Of a DNA stretch of 64,000 nucleotides, positions 33,401 through 40,349 are shown piece after piece (within the stretch, counting starts at the first letter, position 1; the number at the start of each line of letters is the position of its first letter). Made by a program: the position numbers and the translations under genes. This stretch comes from an uncultured Ignavibacteriales bacterium. Its GTDB lineage: Bacteria > Zixibacteria > MSB-5A5 > GN15 > FEB-12. The notes under the pieces are model-generated. The model was not told the origin of the DNA and made no database searches. It worked only from the letters and a program-made list of their open reading frames with translations. The stretch is taken from assembly GCA_964526835.1 (NCBI GenBank), contig CAZGMK010000015.1, positions 3,983 to 67,982 on the forward strand. Direction: 5' to 3'.

Positions 33401-35995
33401 ATCATTAGCGAGGCCGGCAACCAGACTCCGGTCATCGATCCGATAGCCGATACGACCATCGAGGAGGGTACAACACTGGTGGTACCGATTGTCGCTTCGG
33501 ATCCTGACGGCACGCCGGTGGCTATCAGTGTCAGTACGACGATTCCGACCGCCCGCTACTCCTTCGTCGATAACGGCGATGGCACCGGCAGCTTTACCTA
33601 CACCGCCAGCTACTTCGACGCGGGTGTCGATACGGTCAGGATCTTCGCCTCCGAGATCGGAGGATCGCTGACCGGGACCGAGACCTTCGTGGTCACGACG
33701 ACTGATGTGAATCAGCCGCCGGTTTTCGAAGATCGCGGGCCCTACGCGATGATCATCTTCGATACCCTGGTGGTTAACCTGGTGGTGCACGATTCGACTG
33801 ATCCGGACAGCGAAGCGGTCGTCTTCCTGCCGACCGACGGCCTGCCGGAGAACGCTTCACTGGTTGACAACGGGGACAATACGGGAACCTTCACCTTCGC
33901 CCCGGTCTGGGGACAGGACGGCACTTACGACGTTACCTTCTGGGCCGTCGACCAGGGCAATCCGCCCATGTCGAGCAGTCTCACCATTACGATACAGGTC
34001 CAGAATGATAACCTGCCTCCGGAGATCACCCAGCCCGACGCGCAGTCGGTGCTCGAGGGCTCATCGCTGAGCTTCCTGATCACCGGCAGCGATCCCGACG
34101 GCGCCGTCCCGCCGAGTTTGCTGGTGAACGTCGAGATCGAGAACGCCACCTTTGTCGACAGCGGCAACGGCGTTGCCTCATACAGCTTCGCCCCGAGCTA
34201 CGTCCAGAGCGGCCTGTACCACGTCAAGTTCGCAGCAACCGACGGTATCGATACGACCTGGACCGACCCGGTCTTGATTCAGGTGATCGAAGCCGGCAAC
34301 CAGACCCCGTATTTCGACTCTCTGCCGCCTGACTCGGTGGTCGAGGGAGAGGTACTGACTGGTGTCATAACCGGTGGAGATCCCGACCTGGACGAGGTAA
34401 CCTTCGACCTCGATTCGGCCACCATTCCGAATAACTTCGTCCTGATCGACAGCGGCGGAGGTGTCGCCTCGTACGAATTCGCCCCCGACTTCGAGCAGTC
34501 CGGCTTCTACGAGATCGGTATCATAATCTCCGACGGCGAAGCGGCCGATACCGGCCTGCTGATTATCACGGTAATCGAAGCCGGTAATCAGTTGCCCGTC
34601 CTGGACCCGATCGACGACTACACCGTGGATGAGGCTGTCAACCTGAACTTCACCGTGACAGCCAGTGATATCGATGGCCCGCCGCCCCTTCTGAGCACCT
34701 CATCGCTGCCGGGAGCCGCTACTTTCACCGACAATGGCGACGGGACGGGGATATTCGACTGGACCCCGACTTACGACGATTCCGGCAGCTACAATATCAC
34801 CTTCTACGCCACGGATGTCGATTTCCCGACCGAAGTAGACTCACAGGTTGTCAACATCACGGTGAACGACATCAACCGCGCTCCCTGGTACCTGCTTCCG
34901 CCGTCGCAGGCGATCCAGGATACGGTCTCGGAGGGCGGGACGCTGACCCTGGAGATCACGGCCTGGGACGATGACGGATCAATCCCATTTATCGAGGCTT
35001 TCCTCGACGGCCAGGACACGCTGGCCACGAACATGAGCTTCACGACGATTGTCGACGGGACCAACAGAGTGGGCACCCTGTTGTTCAATCCCGACTTCAG
35101 TCAGGGCAACAACAACCCGACCTTCTACTACGTGAAGTTCCGGGTCGTCGACGAGTTCGACCCCACGCTGTTCCGGACTTCCGGAACCATAACGTTCCGC
35201 GTCTACCCGGTTAACCGCCCGCCGTACATCAACTTCTCCGATGGCCCCGGACCGTTTACAATCGCTGAAGGTGAGATGATCTCCTTCAACGTGCAGGCAC
35301 TGGATCCGGACGGCACGACCCCGACACTGCGCGCCGAAGGCCTGCCGGACAGCAACTACACCGCCAGCCAGCCGCAACAGAATGTGATCATGTTCAGCTT
35401 CAATCCTGACTTCAACCAGGCCGGCCAGTACCTGATCAGCTTCATTGCCGAGGATGACAGCCTCGCCGCCGACACCCAGGTGGTTGAGATCAACGTCACC
35501 GACGCCGGCAATCAGGCCCCGGTCTGGGACGAGATTCTGCCCGACACCATAACCGTCTATCAGGACCAGCTCTTCGACACCACGATTAGCGCTTATGATC
35601 CTGAGGGACAAGAGATTACGCTGACAGCCGAGGGAGTGCCGACCAACGCCTCCTTCAGCGCTACCGGCGGCGTCGGTGCCTTCAGCTTCTCGCCCGATGC
35701 CTCCCAGCTTGGCGACGTTTACGAAGTGCTCTTCATTGCCGCCGACCCCACACCTCTGGCCGATACCATGATCGTGAATTTCAGTGTATCCACTTTCCTG
35801 AGGGGCGATGTTGACGGAAGCGCCAGCTACACCATCAACGATATCGTCTTCATGGCCGCGTACATGTTCCGGGGTGGCCCCGCCCCGGTCCCGATCGATG
35901 CCGCCGACGCCGACGCCTCCGGGCAGGTGGATATCAGCGATCTGGCCTTCATGGTCAACTTCATGTACCATTCCGGCCCGCGTCCCCCGCAGTAA
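27407..35995 (+). CDS. Giant (2862 aa) secreted protein: 29 tandem cadherin-like Ig repeats + C-terminal dockerin
   Basis: Signal peptide; 29 units of ~93-100 aa counted (NQAPVLDPIG...DPDG...FTDNGDGTG.F.WTP); ends RGDVDGS..TINDI...ADADASGQVDISDL...GPRPPQ; no CTD. Confidence 0.95.
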   Translation: MKTMNRILITTLLLALTASVALAQTAPPVLDPIGAQSTDENVNLSFAVSASDADGTTPTLTTSTLPTGASFTDNGDGTGSFSWTPDYTQAGSYDVTFYANDAVSADVDSELVVITVNNVNQAPVLDPIGSQSVAEGVLLSFTVTASDPDGTIPTLSTSALPTGASFTDNGDGTGSFSWTPDYTQAGSYDITFTANDGDLTDDELVTVTVTNTNQAPVLDPIGSQSVAEGVLLSFTVTASDPDGTIPTLTTSTLPTGASFTDNGDGTGSFSWTPDYTQAGSYDITFTANDGDLTDDELVTVTVTNTNQAPVLDPIGSQSVAEGVVLSFTVTASDPDGTIPSLSTSALPTGASFTDNGDGTGSFSWTPDYTQAGSYDITFTANDGDLTDDELVTVTVTNTNQAPVLDPIGSQSVAEGVVLSFTVTASDPDGTIPTLSTSALPTGASFTDNGDGTGSFSWTPDYTQSGSYDITFTANDGDLTDDELVTVTVTEAGNQAPILDPIGPQSVTEGNLLSFTVTASDPDGTIPNLFTSALPSGASFTDNGDGTGDFSWTPTYTQAGTYNVTFYADDGDIADVEAVEIVVVEAGNQAPVLDPIGDQSVTEGILLSFAVTASDPDGTIPTLSTSALPTGASFTDNGDGTGSFSWTPDYTQAGSYDITFTAGDGDLTDDELVTITVAEAGNQAPILDPIGPQSTTEDVLLTFSVSATDPDGTIPSLSTSTLPAGASFTDNGDGTGSFSWTPDYTQAGVYDITFTADDGAATDDEIVTITVNDAGNQTPVLDPIGDQSTTEGVLLSFSVSASDPDGVPPALLTSTLPAGATFIDNGDGTGDFAWTPDYTQSGVYDITFTADDGLATDDEVVTITVIEAGNQAPILDPIGPQSTTEGVELSFIVTAYDPDGTIPTLSAADLPSGASFTDNGDGTGDFAWTPDFTQSGLYDVTFYANDGALADLEIVTITVADVGNQAPILDPIGPQSTTEDVLLSFTVSATDPDGTIPSLSTSALPDGATFVDNGDGTGDFAWTPDFTQAGLYDITFTASDGTLTDEELVTITVADAGNQAPVLAPIGPQSGAEDVLLSFTVSATDPDGTIPSLIATDLPAGATFIDNGDGTGDFNWTPDFTQAGVYDVTFTASDGSLTDDEIVEITIADAGNQAPILAPIGAQSTTEGILLSFAVSATDPDGTFPALTTSTLPAGASFIDNGDGTGEFSWTPDYTQSGSYDVTFTASDGTLTDEELVTITVAEAGNQAPILDPIGPQSTTEDVLLSFTVSATDPDGTIPSLSTSALPTGATFVDNGDGTGSFNWTPDFTQSGIYDVTFSASDGALTDEEIVTITVVDAGNNDPVLAAIDDQETDENVPLSFSVSATDADGVTPILSTSPLPTGATFVDNGDGTGTFDWTPTYDDSGSYLVTFYATDGDVPSSVDSQQVTITVNNVNRDVVLAAIGDQSGAEGTLLSFTVTASDPDGDPPVLTSSTLPGTAAFIDNGDGTGDFSWTPTYDDSGSYVVTFYATDGAFPSSVDSETVTITIDNTNRLPELATIGAQSGEEEVPLTFGVSATDPDGEIPILSASPLPGTATFVDNGDGTGVFDWTPTTADSGTYLVTFYAADAAYPTDVDSEVVTIYITNANQPPVLAAIGDQETTEGVLLSVPVSASDPDGDFPILSTSALPAEAVFTDNGDGTGSLDWTPGYTQSGVYDVTFYAEDAAYPGVIDSETVVITVNEAGNQPPEFEGMATQNVAEGSELNVTITANDPDGDIPALSSGPLPEGATFTDNLDGTGAFVWTPDYWQAGTYSITIYADDGEFIDSLIFDVVVADAGNQPPSVDPIDPQTVVEGVNLNFTVTASDPDAVIPTLTSSTLPAGAVFTDNVDGTGTFDWTPDFTQAGSYDITFYADDGIAVDSQIANITVIDNVAPPVLAAIDDQSGFEGSAVSFAVSATDPDGQVPILSTSALPSGASFVDNGDGAGAFDWVPSFDQSGSYDITFYATDGEFTDSQQVAIIISEAGNQTPVIDPIADTTIEEGTTLVVPIVASDPDGTPVAISVSTTIPTARYSFVDNGDGTGSFTYTASYFDAGVDTVRIFASEIGGSLTGTETFVVTTTDVNQPPVFEDRGPYAMIIFDTLVVNLVVHDSTDPDSEAVVFLPTDGLPENASLVDNGDNTGTFTFAPVWGQDGTYDVTFWAVDQGNPPMSSSLTITIQVQNDNLPPEITQPDAQSVLEGSSLSFLITGSDPDGAVPPSLLVNVEIENATFVDSGNGVASYSFAPSYVQSGLYHVKFAATDGIDTTWTDPVLIQVIEAGNQTPYFDSLPPDSVVEGEVLTGVITGGDPDLDEVTFDLDSATIPNNFVLIDSGGGVASYEFAPDFEQSGFYEIGIIISDGEAADTGLLIITVIEAGNQLPVLDPIDDYTVDEAVNLNFTVTASDIDGPPPLLSTSSLPGAATFTDNGDGTGIFDWTPTYDDSGSYNITFYATDVDFPTEVDSQVVNITVNDINRAPWYLLPPSQAIQDTVSEGGTLTLEITAWDDDGSIPFIEAFLDGQDTLATNMSFTTIVDGTNRVGTLLFNPDFSQGNNNPTFYYVKFRVVDEFDPTLFRTSGTITFRVYPVNRPPYINFSDGPGPFTIAEGEMISFNVQALDPDGTTPTLRAEGLPDSNYTASQPQQNVIMFSFNPDFNQAGQYLISFIAEDDSLAADTQVVEINVTDAGNQAPVWDEILPDTITVYQDQLFDTTISAYDPEGQEITLTAEGVPTNASFSATGGVGAFSFSPDASQLGDVYEVLFIAADPTPLADTMIVNFSVSTFLRGDVDGSASYTINDIVFMAAYMFRGGPAPVPIDAADADASGQVDISDLAFMVNFMYHSGPRPPQ
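27763..28878 (+). repeat. Four near-identical 279-bp tandem repeats (Ig units 2-5)
   Basis: CAACCAGGCCCCGGTGCTCGATCCTATCGG recurs at 27763, 28042, 28321 and 28600. Confidence 0.95.
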
Positions 35996-36017
35996 CTGCG
36001 CTGCCTTTCCCGATGAC

Positions 36018-36046
36018 AAAGGCCGCCCCACCGGGCGGCCTTTTTT
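36018..36046 (+). terminator. Rho-independent terminator
   Basis: AAAGGCCGCCC-CACC-GGGCGGCCTTT then a T run. Confidence 0.9.
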
Positions 36047-36119
36047 GGGGCTGGATCAAGCGGTTAGTACGGCCTCACGAGAAATGCGGAAATATCTGTA
36101 AGCCATTGTCCAAAAGGCC

Positions 36120-36148
36120 TTGACAAGGGTTTTGGCCAACATTATAAT
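36120..36148 (+). promoter_or_regulatory. Perfect consensus sigma70 promoter
   Basis: TTGACA (36120-36125)-N17-TATAAT (36143-36148). Confidence 0.85.
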
Positions 36149-36586
36149 GTTATTGCTATCGCCCTAGTGCGGTGGCATTGCAAAATGGCGTGGTCTCACG
36201 TAATTCTCGCTTGGTGATTGGGTTTTCACTCAAGCTCATAATGTATGGCTTCGGTAGAGATGCTGTACGTGAAGGTTGACGAAGAACGTTTCTAGGCAAT
36301 TGCTTTGATGTACGCAAGCTTTGTATTTCCATTGCTTCAGAACGCGAAACTACTCAACCCTGAGGGCTGGCGTATATGATGCGCCCGGCGCTCGATTCGG
36401 ACGTAAGGAGGTGTACCCCGCAGCAGAGTAATTGAAACAAACTGACGGTTGCATTTTGATGAAAAGGGTATCCCGCCCGAGACCGCATATAAGGACGAAC
36501 CTTTCACTCGGTCGAAGGATGATGCCCGGACACGAAAGCATTTTCTTGTTGGGAACTTGTTAACTTCTTATCAAAAGGAGCGATTG

Positions 36587-39500
36587 ATGACCAGGAGAAT
36601 TTCTACTCTGATGATTCTCTCCTTACTGGTAGTCGCCCTCATGGCTATGTCGGTTTCCGCCGCCAAGGCCCCCCAGAGCACGCGCATAATCAGCCCGGAC
36701 GCAAAGAGGGTTATGCAGTATGCGCTGCCGATGGCGGGCGCCGAGACGGCGACCTTTGGCTCTTCGAGCAAGGGCCAGACCGAACAGGCCCTGGGCATGG
36801 CCAACCCGCCGAATTCCGGTTCGCCCGGTATGGCCGTTGGCCTGACCACCTACGACTATCAGCACAACGGCCGTATGCCCCGCATGGTCGACTGGGGCTA
36901 CGATGCCACCCAGGGATTCGCCATTCACTTCCTGTGGATGTGGATGGAGGGTTCGACCATTGCGAACCGCAAATACGCCTATAACGCCTGGAAAGACAAC
37001 GCCAGCGATCTGGCCTTCCCTTACACCGGGGCATCTGAAGTCCAGGACGATGGTGGTATGGCCGGTTACGTGGCGCTTGATGTCACCGACACCGACTACG
37101 GTGACGGCATCAACCTGCCGAACCTTGCCGTGCCTTCAGGCCACGAACACACCGGCGATGGTGTGTATCGTGTTACGACCTACTGGGATTTCACACCGGT
37201 CATGGGTTTCTTCAACACGAGCTCAGCGGTTTCGGATGCGGTTTGGCAGTATGCCTTGCAGCCGGATGGCGAGTATGTCATCTGGCCGTCGATGGCCTAT
37301 CAGGACATTCCGGGCAATGACCCGGTGCTGCACGTTTTCGCGCAGGAATCCAAGCCTGATGCGGCCGATCCGCAGTCGATCTACTACTTCCGTAAGGTTG
37401 GTTATCAGGATGCCGGTACCTGGGATTTCCCGCCTTACGTTGTCGACACCGTCTTTGACATCGCTCAGGATGTCACCGCTTCCAAGACCAATGGCAAGGT
37501 TGCGTTGGTGTGGGTGGCCAACCTGCCGGCTCCCGGCGACTGCGACACCTGCTCCGACAACACGGGCAACCACGCCGAGGTCAGTGTCCAGTTGGACAAT
37601 GATATGTACTATCAGATATCGAACGACTTCGGTGCGACTTTCCAGCCTCGTGTCAACCTGACGCAGAACCAGAGAGGCGTGGACGGTTATCGTCCGTATA
37701 CCGACCTGCAGTCTCTGATCACCTCCGACAACAACCTGCACATAATCTGGACCGGCCGTGTCTGGGAAGGCTCGGCTGAGCCGACCACGGCTTACACCTG
37801 GCGCTGCCGTGTTTTCCACTGGAGCGAGCTGGTTACCTGCGGTCCGCGTACCGTGGCTGATCTGGAATGGGATCAGACGACTTGTGACGGTGGTTCCTGG
37901 AACCAGTTGAACGCCGCCAAGCCGGGCCTCGGTGAATGTAACGGCCGTCTGTATGCCACCTGGACGCAGTTCAACAACACGCCGGAAGGCGACACTGCCG
38001 ACTGCGCCCAGCGCGGTCTTGACGGCAGCGATTTTGTTGGTGCGGCCAACGGTGAGCTGTGGGTTTCGGTGTCTGAGGACCTCGTTGGTGTGCTTTGGGA
38101 CAAGCCCCGTAACATGACCAACTCCCCGAGCCCGGGCTGCGATCCTGAGGGCGGCAGCGATCCCTGTGATTCCGATCACTGGTCGTCGATAGCCCGTGAG
38201 GGTTACGGCTACGGCGCTTCGACCGGCTACGGCGCGAATGTTCCGGACTCGGCCAAGGTGGACGTTTCCGGTTCTTACACCGGCGACGCCTACATTCCGA
38301 TGCAGTACATCCACGACATCGATGCCGGTGGTATCGTACAGGATGAGGGTACCTGGCAGGAAAACCACGTAGTGTGGTTCTCGCTTGCCTGTGTCGACCC
38401 GGTTGAGACCAAGTTGTTGTCGGTCAGCCCGTCAGAGGTCGGCTACCCGGCCTGGACCGATACCGACGTGAGCAACACCGGCGACACCACCCTGGTACTT
38501 GAGAATACCGGTAACGCCCAGTTCACGGCCAACTACTCGATCACCATGAGCACCGACGGCAGCATTACGCCGAGCTCAGGTAACGTGACGATCCCGGCCG
38601 GCTGCAACAACACGACCACCCTGCCGATCACGTTCACTCAGGGCAGCGGTACCAGTGTGGCTGGTGAACTGACCTTCACGGGTTCGTTCGACAACTCGCC
38701 GCGGGTGGTCCCGCTCGAGTGGTTCTTCGTTGATACCCTTATCCCGCCGAAGTGGGATACTGTTTATGTGGACGACGGTACCAAGGCCGCGGCTCTGGCT
38801 CTTATCGTTGCCAACAATGGTAACAAGGGTAATCAGGGCAGAGGCCACGTGAACCTCGACTACTTCGACTACGGTGACTGCGACGTCTATCCTGAAGGCG
38901 GCGATGATCTGTATCCGGGCGATGCCTCGATCTATCTGTACGATGGTTCGAAGATCATCTGCTGGGATGACGCCGGTACTCCGGTCTGCGACGCCTCTAT
39001 CTTCGATCGTAACTGGATCCAGGGTGGCTTCGTGCCCGGCGCCTACAGCAGCGCCGACGTTGTTCCGGCCTGGGTGCCCACCCCGGGCGGTACGCCGGTT
39101 GGTGACTTCTTCACCGCCACCTACTACAACCGCGACACCACTATCCAGATCGACGAGCTGACCTTTGGTCCGGACAGCCCGACCAACCCGAACTGGATGA
39201 TTCAGGTCGCCAAGTTCAGCAACCTGACCGGCAGCGATATCAGCGGTCTGGCTATTGGTGAAGGCATCGACTGGGATGTCCCGTCCGACTCCGCTTCCTG
39301 GAACAACTCGGGCTTCGACGCTACGCGTCGCCTGATGTATCAGGTTGGTTCCGAGTTTGGTCAGGACGATCAGTGTCAGCCCAACGACGACCGCTACGGT
39401 GGTCTGGCTGTGGCCGCCCAGTATGACGGCACCAACTGGACCGAAGCCACTTACGGCCTGTACACCCTCGACAACTCGACCCAGGTGTATCCGTTTGGCG

Positions 39501-39982
39501 GTTTCGACGATGACTCGTTGTGGAAGTACATGGAGCAGAACAGCGGTTTCTCGATTTCCGATGCGACCGACGATGACCTGCACATGATGGCCACGTACCA
39601 GTGGAACTACACGCTGACCGCTTCCGGTGAGCTGGTGGTTTACACCTGTCTGGTGACCGAGAAGGCCGGTGAGGCCGCCTTCCTGGCCGCCTGTGATGAG
39701 TGTCTGGCTTACGTGGACAGTGAGTTCAAGCCGGGCGGCGGCGAGACCTGCTGCAACCTGCGCGGCGACATCGACCACAGTGGCGCCGGTCCGGACATCT
39801 CCGACTTGGTCTACCTGGTGAGCTATATGTTCTCCGGTGGCACGCCTCCTCCGTGTGAAGAAGGCGGCGTTTACCTTGAGGCCGACGTCGACGGTAGTGG
39901 CGCCGGTCCGGACATCTCCGACCTGGTTTACCTGGTGAGCTACATGTTCTCCGGTGGCCCGGCCCCGGTTCCGTGTCCGTAA
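36587..39982 (+). CDS. Large Cys-rich secreted protein (probable propeller-like region, Ig-like and beta-sandwich regions) with C-terminal dockerin
   Basis: AAGGAG RBS before MTRRISTL; signal peptide; VGLTTYDYQHNG; LSVSPSEV...LVLENTGNA; two copies of GAGPDISDLVYLVSYMFSGG framed by Cys; no CTD. Confidence 0.9.
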   Translation: MTRRISTLMILSLLVVALMAMSVSAAKAPQSTRIISPDAKRVMQYALPMAGAETATFGSSSKGQTEQALGMANPPNSGSPGMAVGLTTYDYQHNGRMPRMVDWGYDATQGFAIHFLWMWMEGSTIANRKYAYNAWKDNASDLAFPYTGASEVQDDGGMAGYVALDVTDTDYGDGINLPNLAVPSGHEHTGDGVYRVTTYWDFTPVMGFFNTSSAVSDAVWQYALQPDGEYVIWPSMAYQDIPGNDPVLHVFAQESKPDAADPQSIYYFRKVGYQDAGTWDFPPYVVDTVFDIAQDVTASKTNGKVALVWVANLPAPGDCDTCSDNTGNHAEVSVQLDNDMYYQISNDFGATFQPRVNLTQNQRGVDGYRPYTDLQSLITSDNNLHIIWTGRVWEGSAEPTTAYTWRCRVFHWSELVTCGPRTVADLEWDQTTCDGGSWNQLNAAKPGLGECNGRLYATWTQFNNTPEGDTADCAQRGLDGSDFVGAANGELWVSVSEDLVGVLWDKPRNMTNSPSPGCDPEGGSDPCDSDHWSSIAREGYGYGASTGYGANVPDSAKVDVSGSYTGDAYIPMQYIHDIDAGGIVQDEGTWQENHVVWFSLACVDPVETKLLSVSPSEVGYPAWTDTDVSNTGDTTLVLENTGNAQFTANYSITMSTDGSITPSSGNVTIPAGCNNTTTLPITFTQGSGTSVAGELTFTGSFDNSPRVVPLEWFFVDTLIPPKWDTVYVDDGTKAAALALIVANNGNKGNQGRGHVNLDYFDYGDCDVYPEGGDDLYPGDASIYLYDGSKIICWDDAGTPVCDASIFDRNWIQGGFVPGAYSSADVVPAWVPTPGGTPVGDFFTATYYNRDTTIQIDELTFGPDSPTNPNWMIQVAKFSNLTGSDISGLAIGEGIDWDVPSDSASWNNSGFDATRRLMYQVGSEFGQDDQCQPNDDRYGGLAVAAQYDGTNWTEATYGLYTLDNSTQVYPFGGFDDDSLWKYMEQNSGFSISDATDDDLHMMATYQWNYTLTASGELVVYTCLVTEKAGEAAFLAACDECLAYVDSEFKPGGGETCCNLRGDIDHSGAGPDISDLVYLVSYMFSGGTPPPCEEGGVYLEADVDGSGAGPDISDLVYLVSYMFSGGPAPVPCP

Positions 39983-40037
39983 TTTAGCTGACTGATTCGG
40001 GATCACATTTGTAGTGATTCCATCCGAATACAGCACC

Positions 40038-40071
40038 GCCATCCCCGCCTTCGGGCGGGGATGGCCTTTTT
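40038..40071 (+). terminator. Rho-independent terminator with cUUCGg loop
   Basis: GCCATCCCCGCC-TTCG-GGCGGGGATGGC-CTTTTT. Confidence 0.92.
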
Positions 40072-40349
40072 ATGTCTTGGAGAACCGCGGAACGTGGCTA
40101 TATTTAGGCGTCTGCATGCTCAATACCTGCATGAGCGTGACCGGGCATCCCGGCAAGCGTCGCCGGGTGTGGCCATCGAATCACGCATGAACCTAACCGG
40201 TCCATCATGTGTTGTATTCGTATAACTATGGGCAATTCGGCTGTGGTGGAACGCCCGCCCGAAACTGCTGCCAGAGGTAAATGATCGCAGGAAAAGTGTC
40301 GTCAATAGATAACAGCAACAATAGCCTTTCTAACTCAGCGGAGCATTTC

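Noticed and set aside
36449-36586. Upstream start codons given by the ORF track (also 2657, 23060, 24570, 40281, 46429, 58014, 59731)
   Set aside because: Downstream ATGs give proper N-termini (signal peptides, or the family start for the GT4) and mostly have clear RBSs.
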